Origin: Acetobacteraceae bacterium
GTDB taxonomy: Bacteria > Pseudomonadota > Alphaproteobacteria > Acetobacterales > Acetobacteraceae
NCBI GenBank assembly: GCA_019750465.1
Contig: JAIEOP010000050.1
Span: forward strand, 2,529-66,528
Length of the DNA stretch: 64,000 nucleotides
Reading direction: 5' to 3'
The notes under the pieces were generated by a model. The model worked only from the letters and a program-made list of their open reading frames with translations. It had not been told where the DNA came from and ran no database searches. The position numbers and the translations under genes were made by a program. Shown here in pieces: positions 56,312-63,544 of the stretch. The first letter of the stretch is position 1, and the number at the start of each line of letters is the position of its first letter.

Positions 56312-56408
56312 TGCAGCAGTCTCCGGTGTCGGGCGCCGACCATCGGCCCCTACTGCCGGGAGCCCCGCCGGCTGTGCCGGTCGGGGCCGCGGCGGGGTGT
56401 GCCGCGCG

Positions 56409-56645
56409 CTACTCCGCGAATTCGCCGCGCTTGAAGTAGGAATCCGTCACGCTCGCGAGCCGGCTGTTCCAGTGTTCGAGCGTCGCGGCGTTGCCCCAGA
56501 GGACGTCCTCGGGATCCGCCTCGAAATGGTCCGCGCTCATCTGCTGCAGTTCGGCGACCATCGCGTCGAAGCGGGCCTTCTGCTTCAGGAAGGCTTCGAG
56601 GCTCTTCTGCTGGTTGCGCGAGGCGCGGGTGTCGAAATCGGTCAT
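56409..56645 (-). CDS. hypothetical protein (78 aa)
   Basis: ATG at 56645 ('MTDFDTRASRNQQKSLEAFLKQKARFDAMVAELQQM'). The composition is helical and the codon GC3 is good. I recognise no motif. Confidence 0.45.
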   Translation of the reverse strand: MTDFDTRASRNQQKSLEAFLKQKARFDAMVAELQQMSADHFEADPEDVLWGNAATLEHWNSRLASVTDSYFKRGEFAE

Positions 56646-56827
56646 TGTCGTGTCCGTCGTGGTGCAGGGCATCCCCTGCGTGTGACGGACCATTCGCGCT
56701 GTGCCGCGCACGAGCCAAGCAAGATGGAGCGTCACGGGATTGCTATTATTCGGCGGTCTGGATCACAAGACGATCGACGACGCCGCGCGCAGCGGCGAGG
56801 CTCAGCGGCATCGTGCATGTTCCGGTA

Positions 56828-56866
56828 GACTTCCCACGGCTGGGAAGTCGATGCGGCCCCCGCATC
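56828..56866 (-). terminator. two tandem GC hairpins at the 3' end of the HTH gene (no U-tract)
   Basis: GACTTCCCA-cggc-TGGGAAGTC (56828-56849) and GATGCGG-ccc-CCGCATC (56850-56866). The second overlaps the stop codon. Confidence 0.3.
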
Positions 56867-57431
56867 ACGCGCGCGCGTCTGGCCCGATCGAAGCATGCGG
56901 ATCCAGCCGATCAGCGACGTCCAGCAGTAGCGCGTTCATCTGCTCCTGCAGGATGGTCTGCACGAGATGCGGATCGCGGCCGATCTCGGCGGCGATCAGC
57001 CCCGACACGCGCGCCGGCCAGTTCAGCACCGCATCGCGCATGCCGGCGGCGCATTCATCGATACGATGGTTGGCGGCGGCGACGTCCATCAGGCGGCCCT
57101 TCGTTTCATCGATCGCCAGGCGTTGCGCCTCGACGCCGAGGGCAAGTCGCGCCAGCGTCAGCCGGCCCAGCGGCGTGTCATCACCTGGCATCGCCAGGGG
57201 CGACCGGCCCGGCACGGCCGATGCGGTCAGATCGCGGCGAACACGCTCAACATCCCAGGACCCATCCGTCTCGCGGCGGATGCGCCCAACCCGCTCGGCC
57301 TTCTGGATCGCGGTGTGGGACACCCCTAGCCGGCGGGCGAGGTCGCGGGCGGAAGTAATGCGTTCTGGCAACGGCACCTCCCGCCACGGGCGGTCGTGGC
57401 AACGTGCTGGCAACTGGTTCGCACCTGGCAA
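56865..57431 (-). CDS. HTH DNA-binding protein, possibly Nu1-type small-terminase-like
   Basis: The N-terminal HTH is 'ITSARDLARRLGVSHTAIQKAERVGRI'. The helical C-terminal half ('EAQRLAIDETKGRLMDVAAANHRIDECAAGMRDAVLNWPARV') resembles the layout of Nu1-like terminase small subunits. A more likely start is TTG at 57371, preceded by GGGAGG. Confidence 0.55.
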   Translation of the reverse strand: MPGANQLPARCHDRPWREVPLPERITSARDLARRLGVSHTAIQKAERVGRIRRETDGSWDVERVRRDLTASAVPGRSPLAMPGDDTPLGRLTLARLALGVEAQRLAIDETKGRLMDVAAANHRIDECAAGMRDAVLNWPARVSGLIAAEIGRDPHLVQTILQEQMNALLLDVADRLDPHASIGPDARA

Positions 57432-57488
57432 CCCATCAGATCCGAATCATCTGACTGGCTTGCCCGACGATCTTGGCAACCTGGCAAC
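57366..57488 (-). repeat. six copies of GTTGCCA (TGGCAAC on the plus strand)
   Basis: Copies at 57366, 57397, 57408, 57426, 57474 and 57482 (7 nt each). They span the 5' end and upstream region of the HTH gene. Confidence 0.7.
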
Positions 57489-57633
57489 CTCGATTTTTAC
57501 CAGACGCTAGCGATGTTGCGCGCTTCCGCCCCCCGCATACGATATCGCCCGGGAGGAACCATGGCCTCGACTTCGAGAGAGGCGCGACCTCTCGACGCGC
57601 CACGAATCTACACGCCGCAGATTCCGCGGCGCA

Positions 57634-57675
57634 ATGCACTCATGCGCAGGATCGCTGCCTTTCGCACGAGTGCAT
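57634..57675 (-). terminator. 13-bp inverted repeat (12/13 match) downstream of the 184-aa gene, no U-tract
   Basis: ATGCACTCATGCG (57634-57646) pairs with CGCACGAGTGCAT (57663-57675). It lies 15 nt past the stop at 57690. Confidence 0.3.
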
Positions 57676-57689
57676 CGCGCCGTTCTTCC

Positions 57690-58244
57690 TCAGGCCGCTA
57701 TGCGAGGCCGCGGCACCAGCCCGTAGTGCGTCGCCAGCACGGCAAGCCCAGCGGTGAACATGCCCTGCGCCTGGGCCGGCGCGATCGGGCGTCCCTGCCA
57801 GCCCTGCGCCATGGCCCACTCCCGGAGCGAGCACTCGAGCCCGAGCACGTGCCACACCGCCGAACCGCCCGGACTTCCTGGCCCGCCCAGCGCCTCAAGA
57901 GCGGCTGCGACCCTATCCCGTGCCGCAACCTGGCGCTCGGTCATTGTGTCGCCGCCGCCCTTCGGCATGCGGAGCAGTTGCGTCGTCCGCATGCCATCAA
58001 GCGCCGCGGATCGAAACTGCGTCCGGAACATGCAGCCGGCCTCGTGCATCTGCGAGGTGATGGTGCCGTTGGTCAGCATGGCGCCGAGCGTGTCGACCGC
58101 GCGGCGATGCTGAACGGGCGTTCCCGTCTCCGGGTCGGTCTCGCGCACTGCCTCGCCAACACCACCGTGCTGCAGACGCCAGGGCGAGGGCTTCGACAGG
58201 TCCTCGCGCTGAGTCGTTCTCGTGCGCTTGCGCTTACCGGCCAT
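57690..58244 (-). CDS. hypothetical protein (184 aa)
   Basis: ATG at 58244 ('MAGKRKRTRTTQRED'). The layout resembles small phage or mobile-element regulatory proteins, but I recognise no firm motif. Confidence 0.5.
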   Translation of the reverse strand: MAGKRKRTRTTQREDLSKPSPWRLQHGGVGEAVRETDPETGTPVQHRRAVDTLGAMLTNGTITSQMHEAGCMFRTQFRSAALDGMRTTQLLRMPKGGGDTMTERQVAARDRVAAALEALGGPGSPGGSAVWHVLGLECSLREWAMAQGWQGRPIAPAQAQGMFTAGLAVLATHYGLVPRPRIAA

Positions 58245-58497
58245 TGCTGGGCCCTCCCTGTCGTCGCCCCCACCGGCGTACCGCCTCGTTGATGACGGCC
58301 TGGCGCAGTACCGCGTCCCCGATCTCATCAAGGACGAGCGTCGCCACGCCCTGCTCGTGCCAAGCACGACGCCGCATCGCATCCAGCTCCGGGCCTGTGG
58401 TGGGGCTCGGTCCGCGATCGAGGCAACCGCGCGGCGGTCTGGGACCGCCGGGCAGCGCCATGCGCGACGCGGAGCTGCAGTCGCGCACCACCATCAC
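58234..58497 (-). CDS. hypothetical small protein (start uncertain)
   Basis: The ORF overlaps the stop and start of its neighbours (4 nt and 11 nt). Only the C-terminal half ('ELDAMRRRAWHEQGVATLVLDEIGDAVLRQAVINEAVRRWG') looks protein-like. Confidence 0.35.
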   Translation of the reverse strand: MMVVRDCSSASRMALPGGPRPPRGCLDRGPSPTTGPELDAMRRRAWHEQGVATLVLDEIGDAVLRQAVINEAVRRWGRRQGGPSNGR

Positions 58498-58994
58498 GAC
58501 GCCATCCTGCGTGCGGCGGCGGCCTTAAGCAGGCTCTCCGGCAAGGCCGGAGCGCCACCCGACGGCCAACGTGACTGCCGCTGCGGCTGCCACGGCCCGG
58601 GCGTGATGCCGAAGTGCTGCAGCACCAGCTCCAGGCGATTGGTCAGTGCGACAGCGGCATGCGCCCGCAGGAAGGGCATGACGTGCTGTGTGCGGAAGGG
58701 CAGCCAGTCCGCCGCCTCCGGGATCCAGACACCTTCGACGATGTCGCCTCCGGTGCAGAACTCAGCGTAGTGCCCGCCTTCGTCACGGATGACCCAGTAG
58801 AAGACCTCTGCGCCGTCGCACAGCGCGCGCTCCATACCTTCGCTGCCGCGGCTAGAGCGCAGGACCTTCGAGAGCGATTCGTGCCAGTCCAGCCCATCGG
58901 CAAGCCCGAGCTGATTGGCGCGGACGTACCAGTCGGGTTCCGGCAGTTCCACGATTTCGCCGTGCCGGTAGGTGGTGAGGGTGTCGGTGCTCAT
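58494..58994 (-). CDS. hypothetical protein (166 aa)
   Basis: ATG at 58994. The composition is balanced ('FYWVIRDEGGHYAEFCTGGDIVEGVWIPEAADWLPF'). No recognised motif. Confidence 0.5.
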   Translation of the reverse strand: MSTDTLTTYRHGEIVELPEPDWYVRANQLGLADGLDWHESLSKVLRSSRGSEGMERALCDGAEVFYWVIRDEGGHYAEFCTGGDIVEGVWIPEAADWLPFRTQHVMPFLRAHAAVALTNRLELVLQHFGITPGPWQPQRQSRWPSGGAPALPESLLKAAAARRMAS

Positions 58995-59092
58995 GATGCG
59001 CGTCCCTGATCGTGTTCTGGAGAAAGCCGGCGGTCACAGCAGCATGGTGGCGCACGGGCGCGATGCGGCACCTCGGGCGCATGCGAGCCAGC

Positions 59093-59404
59093 GGGTCCGG
59101 GTGGGTCCAGGTCTGGGTCCGGGTTGGGTCCGGGTCCGCGGCGCCGAAAAACGGCGGAAATCCGCCATGGGTCCGGGTGGTCCGGGTGGGGCCGGGTTTC
59201 CCCCCTACTCTTCCGTACACCCCGTATGCGCGTGTCATGCGCGATGTGCGTGACATGCGTGATGCACAAACCGGCTGCTACGAAAGAGAACACAACAGAC
59301 CCGGACCACCCGGACCCACCCGGACCCACCAAGGAATTCCGCGGCTTTCCGGCGACTGGCATACCCGGACCCTTACCCGGACCCACCGTCGCAGACCCGG
59401 ACCC
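59093..59404. repeat. iteron field: 7x GGGTCCGGGT-type repeats facing 6x ACCCGGACCC-type repeats around a central region of about 100 bp
   Basis: Left-arm copies start at 59093, 59103 (GGGTCCAGGT), 59115, 59126, 59169, 59179 (9 nt) and 59188 (GGGGCCGGGT). Right-arm copies start at 59299 (9 nt), 59308, 59318, 59363, 59375 and 59395. The centre holds CATGCGCGATG (59236) and CATGCGTGATG (59254). Confidence 0.85.
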
Positions 59405-59421
59405 ACTGGCCATGGCCGCGC

Positions 59422-61833
59422 TCATCGCGATGCCTCCTGGCTCGGCTGCCGGCGATATCGGCGTTCGCGTTTGGCGCCAGTGCCATGGCCGCCCTTGCGT
59501 GCGCGCGTTTGCTTGAAGCCCATGCTGATCAGGCTGCGGACGACGCGATTCTGATCGGCCTGCGTCCAGCGCCCCTTTTCGATGGCGAGCGCGTGCTGCA
59601 GCACCTCGGCCACCGAGACGTCCTGCAATGGCGAGGGCCGCGGGCGTCGGTAGGCGTGGCTCTCGCCGAGCCCGTTCTGCATCCACTCGGTGTCGTTCTC
59701 GAGATAGCTCTCGATCAGATCGTCCCAGGCATCGCCCTGATAGCGCTCGGCCTGCTCCTCCGCGGCCAGGCCATCGAGCGCCTGCGTCTCCAGCCACCAG
59801 GGCTCGTTGCCGCGAAACCGATCCCGTGCCTCGGCCCAGAGCTGATCCCGATCCTGCTCCAGCGCCGGCAAATCAATGCTGCCGCACACCACCGGCCAGA
59901 ACCGCCGACCGCCAGTCGGGTCTTTGAGATACCCGCCCTCCGGATTCACGCTCCCGGCAAAGATGCATTGCCGCGGCAGATCCACCAGCCGCTTGCCATA
60001 GGGCGGCCGAAAGCGATCCTGCGTGCGCGACATGAATGCCTTGATGGTGCTGACCTCGGCACGGCCCATCGTGTCGAGCTCGGCGATCTCGATGATCCAG
60101 ACGCCGCGTGTTTCCATCGCCGCGTCCTTGCTGCTGAGGTCAGAGAGGCGGTCGGCAAACCAGGGCTTGGCGATCGCCATCAGGGCGGAGGATTTCCGGA
60201 TGCCCTGCGGTCCTTCGAGGATCAGCGCACAATCCGCCTTGCAGCCGGGGATGTAGATCCGCGCGACGGCCGACATCATCCAGCGCGGCCCGATGGCGCG
60301 GTGATAGGGCGTGTCCTCCGCGCCGAGGTAGCGCACCAACCAGGCATCGAGGCGCGGCGTGCCGTCCCAGGCCAGTGCGTCCAAGTGGTCGCGCACCGGA
60401 TGAAACAGCCGGTCACGCGCCACGACCTCCACCGCCTGGCCGGCGATGGACATCGGCACCATGATCTCCTGGTGCTGCAGCCAATTCGCCACCAGCGCGT
60501 CATCGCGGTCGGCCCATGGCGTGTCAGCCCAACTGGCTGAACCGCTGATCCAGGGCGGTGGCTTGCGGGCGACCGTCGTGGTGGCGAAGGCATCGTGCCA
60601 GAGGACGCCGTCCCATTCCGGCGCGCCGCGCAGGGCGGTGATAGCGTTCGCCAGCACGGGCCGGGGCTCGCCGTCCTCGTTGAGCAGCAGATCCTTGCGC
60701 CATTCGTTGGAGAAGGCAGCTGCGGGTCGCGTTGCTGCGATCAGCATCCGCACCGCGTCCGCGCCGTCCGATTGCAGGACGTCGTTGAAGTCCATCGCCG
60801 GTGGCGGCTCGGCAACGCTCACGTCGTGCCCACGGGCTCGCAGCACGGTGACAGCCTGGCGAAGCTGCTGGTCGGCCTTGCTGTTCGGCTCGTCGCCGTC
60901 GCGCGCGATGATGACCGGCGCGCCGTCGGGCAGGGGCACACGGGCGATGTTGCTGATGCCGAGGCAGGCCCAGCATTCCTGGCCGGTGGCCTGCCAGACG
61001 GAGAGCGCTGTCTCGACGCCTTCGCAGAGCACCACCGGCGCGATGCCGGGAAAGCGCACGGCGGCGACATCGGCCCAGCCGTCGTGCGCCTTGTTGGTGC
61101 GCTTCTGGACCTTGAGCGGTGCCTTGCGCCCGTCCTCGGTGAGATAGATCAGTTGCAGGCCGTGAACCTGCCCCTCGGCGTCCATCGCCAGCGCGACCAG
61201 CGCGCCATAGTGGTTGAACGCGTTCGGCAAGAAGCGGATGGATGGCGGGAGCGGCGTGGCCGTGATGCCGCGACGGTGCAGGTAGGTCTCGACACGCGTG
61301 CCGGCCGCGTCCTCGCAGCCGGCGACGATCTCGGCGACCTTCGCGGCTCGCTTCGCGTCCTCCGCCGCTTTCTTCGTGGCGGACGATGAGGGGCGGTCCT
61401 GCCATGGTGGTGGTCCGGGCGCGTCGTCCGCGGTGGCGGCTGGCTCCGGCGAGGCCGGGTCGATCGATGGCAGCGTCACGTCGCCAATGTCAGATGGCGA
61501 CACCGGTGGTGGCGGTGATGGCTCAGCCGTCTTACGGCGTGGTCCCGCCGGCATCCCGAGCCATTGGCGGGACCAGTCAAGTGCTGCGCCGTTGGTGAGC
61601 CCGCGCCGATGCCGCAGCAGCTCCAGGCCGGCGCCGCCACTGCCATGCTCGTGGTCGAACCAGCGCCCGGCGTCGTCGCCCTCGAGCTCGACTGCGATGC
61701 TGCCATGCGTGCCGAAGCGCAGCTGCGTCGGCGTGGACAGCTCGCGGTTCGGCTCGCCCAGCAACTCGCGCGCGAGATCGCCGATGCGTGCGTTGAGTGC
61801 CTGCACCACGTCCTTTGCGCTCGCGCCGCTCAT
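59422..61833 (-). CDS. primase-helicase (N-terminal primase-like region, Toprim, VirE/D5-type P-loop NTPase)
   Basis: The Toprim region is 'VVLCEGVETALSVWQATG...VIIARDGDEPNSKADQ'. The VirE-type Walker A is 'LILEGPQGIRKSSA', followed by 'WIIEIAELD' and 'FRPPYGKRLVDLPRQCIFAGSVN'. The likely start is ATG at 61833 ('MSGASAKDVVQAL'). Confidence 0.85.
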   Translation of the reverse strand: MSGASAKDVVQALNARIGDLARELLGEPNRELSTPTQLRFGTHGSIAVELEGDDAGRWFDHEHGSGGAGLELLRHRRGLTNGAALDWSRQWLGMPAGPRRKTAEPSPPPPVSPSDIGDVTLPSIDPASPEPAATADDAPGPPPWQDRPSSSATKKAAEDAKRAAKVAEIVAGCEDAAGTRVETYLHRRGITATPLPPSIRFLPNAFNHYGALVALAMDAEGQVHGLQLIYLTEDGRKAPLKVQKRTNKAHDGWADVAAVRFPGIAPVVLCEGVETALSVWQATGQECWACLGISNIARVPLPDGAPVIIARDGDEPNSKADQQLRQAVTVLRARGHDVSVAEPPPAMDFNDVLQSDGADAVRMLIAATRPAAAFSNEWRKDLLLNEDGEPRPVLANAITALRGAPEWDGVLWHDAFATTTVARKPPPWISGSASWADTPWADRDDALVANWLQHQEIMVPMSIAGQAVEVVARDRLFHPVRDHLDALAWDGTPRLDAWLVRYLGAEDTPYHRAIGPRWMMSAVARIYIPGCKADCALILEGPQGIRKSSALMAIAKPWFADRLSDLSSKDAAMETRGVWIIEIAELDTMGRAEVSTIKAFMSRTQDRFRPPYGKRLVDLPRQCIFAGSVNPEGGYLKDPTGGRRFWPVVCGSIDLPALEQDRDQLWAEARDRFRGNEPWWLETQALDGLAAEEQAERYQGDAWDDLIESYLENDTEWMQNGLGESHAYRRPRPSPLQDVSVAEVLQHALAIEKGRWTQADQNRVVRSLISMGFKQTRARKGGHGTGAKRERRYRRQPSQEASR

Positions 61834-61992
61834 CGGGCGCCTCGAGCGAGTGGTGGGACTGGGTCGAGAATCGGCATCGGGCCTCCGCGGCGAAGACCCG
61901 AAAGAAGCCACACGACATGTGCCTGGTCCGCGTTGGAGCCGGTCCGGCCCCTAGCCGGGCGGAGGGTTCAACCCTTCAGCCGCGCTGCGACG

Positions 61993-62682
61993 CTATCCCC
62001 AACCGCGCTTCGCACCGCCGCGCTGCGAGGCGGGCAGTCGGATCAGCGTCGCCATCGCGTCGGCAAGGTTCTGCGAGACCGGCTCGCCGTCCACCGTCTG
62101 CTCGCGGAACCAGTCAGCCAGCAGCTCCTTCTTGCCTTGGCCGCGCGCGCTGATCCGGTTCTCTGCGATCGCCCGATCCAGGAGGTCCATGTACGGCGTG
62201 CGATACGGCTCCCCCGTTTCCGGATCCGCCGCGGGAGCTGGCTGCAGCGCCTCGACGACCGGCCAGATCGCCAGCACCATGAAGCGCGGCACGCGGATGT
62301 CGATGAACTGGCCGTCGGCCATGGTCAGCACGCCGCCCTGCACATCAGCGCGGCCGGCACGCCAGTGTTCGGGGGTGATGGTACTGTGGTGACCGGAGTG
62401 CAGGTCCCAGCCGTCCAGGGCATGCGTCCATGGGCGGGACTGCGTCGAGGACAGCCGTCCCTGCGCATGCAGATCTCCGTCCCGCAGCGCCACCTGGACC
62501 TCGCGGGCTGCCTGGCTGGGCGCGCCGCCCCGCGGGTTCTCGGTTTGCCGCCAAGGCGGGAGGGCGGGATCCGGCTGCGACGCGATGTCGCCGCGGGCGA
62601 CAGCCCGTTCGATCTGGGTTGCAACATGATCAATGGCTTGGCTGAGGCGCCACTGCGCCCGATCCAACTTTTCGATCAGCAT
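61993..62682 (-). CDS. hypothetical protein (229 aa)
   Basis: ORF track 61993..62682. The composition is protein-like in the C-terminal half ('PYRTPYMDLLDRAIAENRISARGQGKKELLADWFREQ'). No recognised motif. Confidence 0.45.
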   Translation of the reverse strand: MLIEKLDRAQWRLSQAIDHVATQIERAVARGDIASQPDPALPPWRQTENPRGGAPSQAAREVQVALRDGDLHAQGRLSSTQSRPWTHALDGWDLHSGHHSTITPEHWRAGRADVQGGVLTMADGQFIDIRVPRFMVLAIWPVVEALQPAPAADPETGEPYRTPYMDLLDRAIAENRISARGQGKKELLADWFREQTVDGEPVSQNLADAMATLIRLPASQRGGAKRGWG

Positions 62683-62792
62683 TCCAGCCCTCCGTCGCCT
62701 CGCAGAGGCAGGAACATATACCGAACATCAGCGGGGTTGAAGGGTTCACCCCCTCGCTCGCCGGCTGGCCAGACCGGCTCGCAGGTGGCGAC

Positions 62793-63050
62793 ATGGCGCC
62801 TTCGTGGGCTCGAGTGCCGCCCATGCCAGCCACCGCCGCCGCCCCAGGCCGTCCCCCGCCGAACCACCTCCCACCGCACCTCCGCGAGGTCTGCGCCATC
62901 CTGGCCGCCGGCCTGGTGCGGCTGCGCAGCCGGGTTGCCGAGGATGAAGCGCGCGATGCCGAGCTAGCTCGGGGGGCGGGAGAGGTTCGCCTACACTCCA
63001 CCGCCCACCAGCGCCTGCATGCGAACCCCAACAGGAAGGGACTCGCATGA
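62793..63050 (+). CDS. small conserved ORF, paralogue of 682..894
   Basis: 'LPPHLREVCAILAAGLVRLRSR...RLHANPNRKGLA' aligns with the copy at 682..894. ATGA overlap with the DUF2924 start. The true start is uncertain. Confidence 0.4.
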   Translation: MAPSWARVPPMPATAAAPGRPPPNHLPPHLREVCAILAAGLVRLRSRVAEDEARDAELARGAGEVRLHSTAHQRLHANPNRKGLA

Positions 63051-63544
63051 CCAGACGATCCACCGCCGCGCCCGCGCCGGCACCAACCATCCCGAAGATC
63101 CCGCCCACTCAGGTGCTGCCGCGGCTCGCCGCGCTGCAGACCGCGCCCACCGCCGACCTGAAGGAGCAATGGCGGGAGCTGTTCGGTAAGGAGCCTCCGC
63201 CCTGGAACCGCGCCTACATCCAGAGCCGACTGGCGTACCGGATCCAGGAACTCGCCTATGGCGGGCTGAAGCCCGAGACCGTCGATCGGCTGGTGGCGCT
63301 GGGCGAGCAGTTGGACGGCGGCAACGTGGTGCTGCGTCGCATCCGCGCCGATAGCCGGCCGCTCGCCGGCACGCGACTGATCCGGGAATGGCAGGGCGTG
63401 CAGCACGTGGTCACGGTGCGGGTCAATGACTTCGAATTCGAGGGGCGGCCCTACCAGTCCCTGTCCGCCATCGCTCGCCACATCACCGGCACCCGCTGGA
63501 ATGGCTGGACGTTCTTCGGACTGCGCGCGCGAGGTGACGCATGA
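63047..63544 (+). CDS. DUF2924-family protein (second copy)
   Basis: 165 aa. The C-terminal 124 aa are identical to the copy at 891..1388, despite about 35 silent nucleotide differences by hand count. Confidence 0.85.
   Translation: MTRRSTAAPAPAPTIPKIPPTQVLPRLAALQTAPTADLKEQWRELFGKEPPPWNRAYIQSRLAYRIQELAYGGLKPETVDRLVALGEQLDGGNVVLRRIRADSRPLAGTRLIREWQGVQHVVTVRVNDFEFEGRPYQSLSAIARHITGTRWNGWTFFGLRARGDA

Noticed and set aside
57408-57423. A sigma-54-like GG-N10-GC arrangement (TGGCAACTGGTTCGCA) within the TGGCAAC repeats.
   Set aside because: It is on the plus strand pointing into the antisense of minus-strand genes, has no TTGC -12 element, and the GG/GC match is a by-product of the heptamer repeat.
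58991-59797. ORFs running through the iteron field (58991..59797 minus, 59012..59554 plus, 59124..59516 plus).
   Set aside because: Their 'GPG/PGP/GSGW' periodicity is produced by the DNA repeats themselves. They cross from intergenic DNA into the antisense of the primase gene and have no start context.
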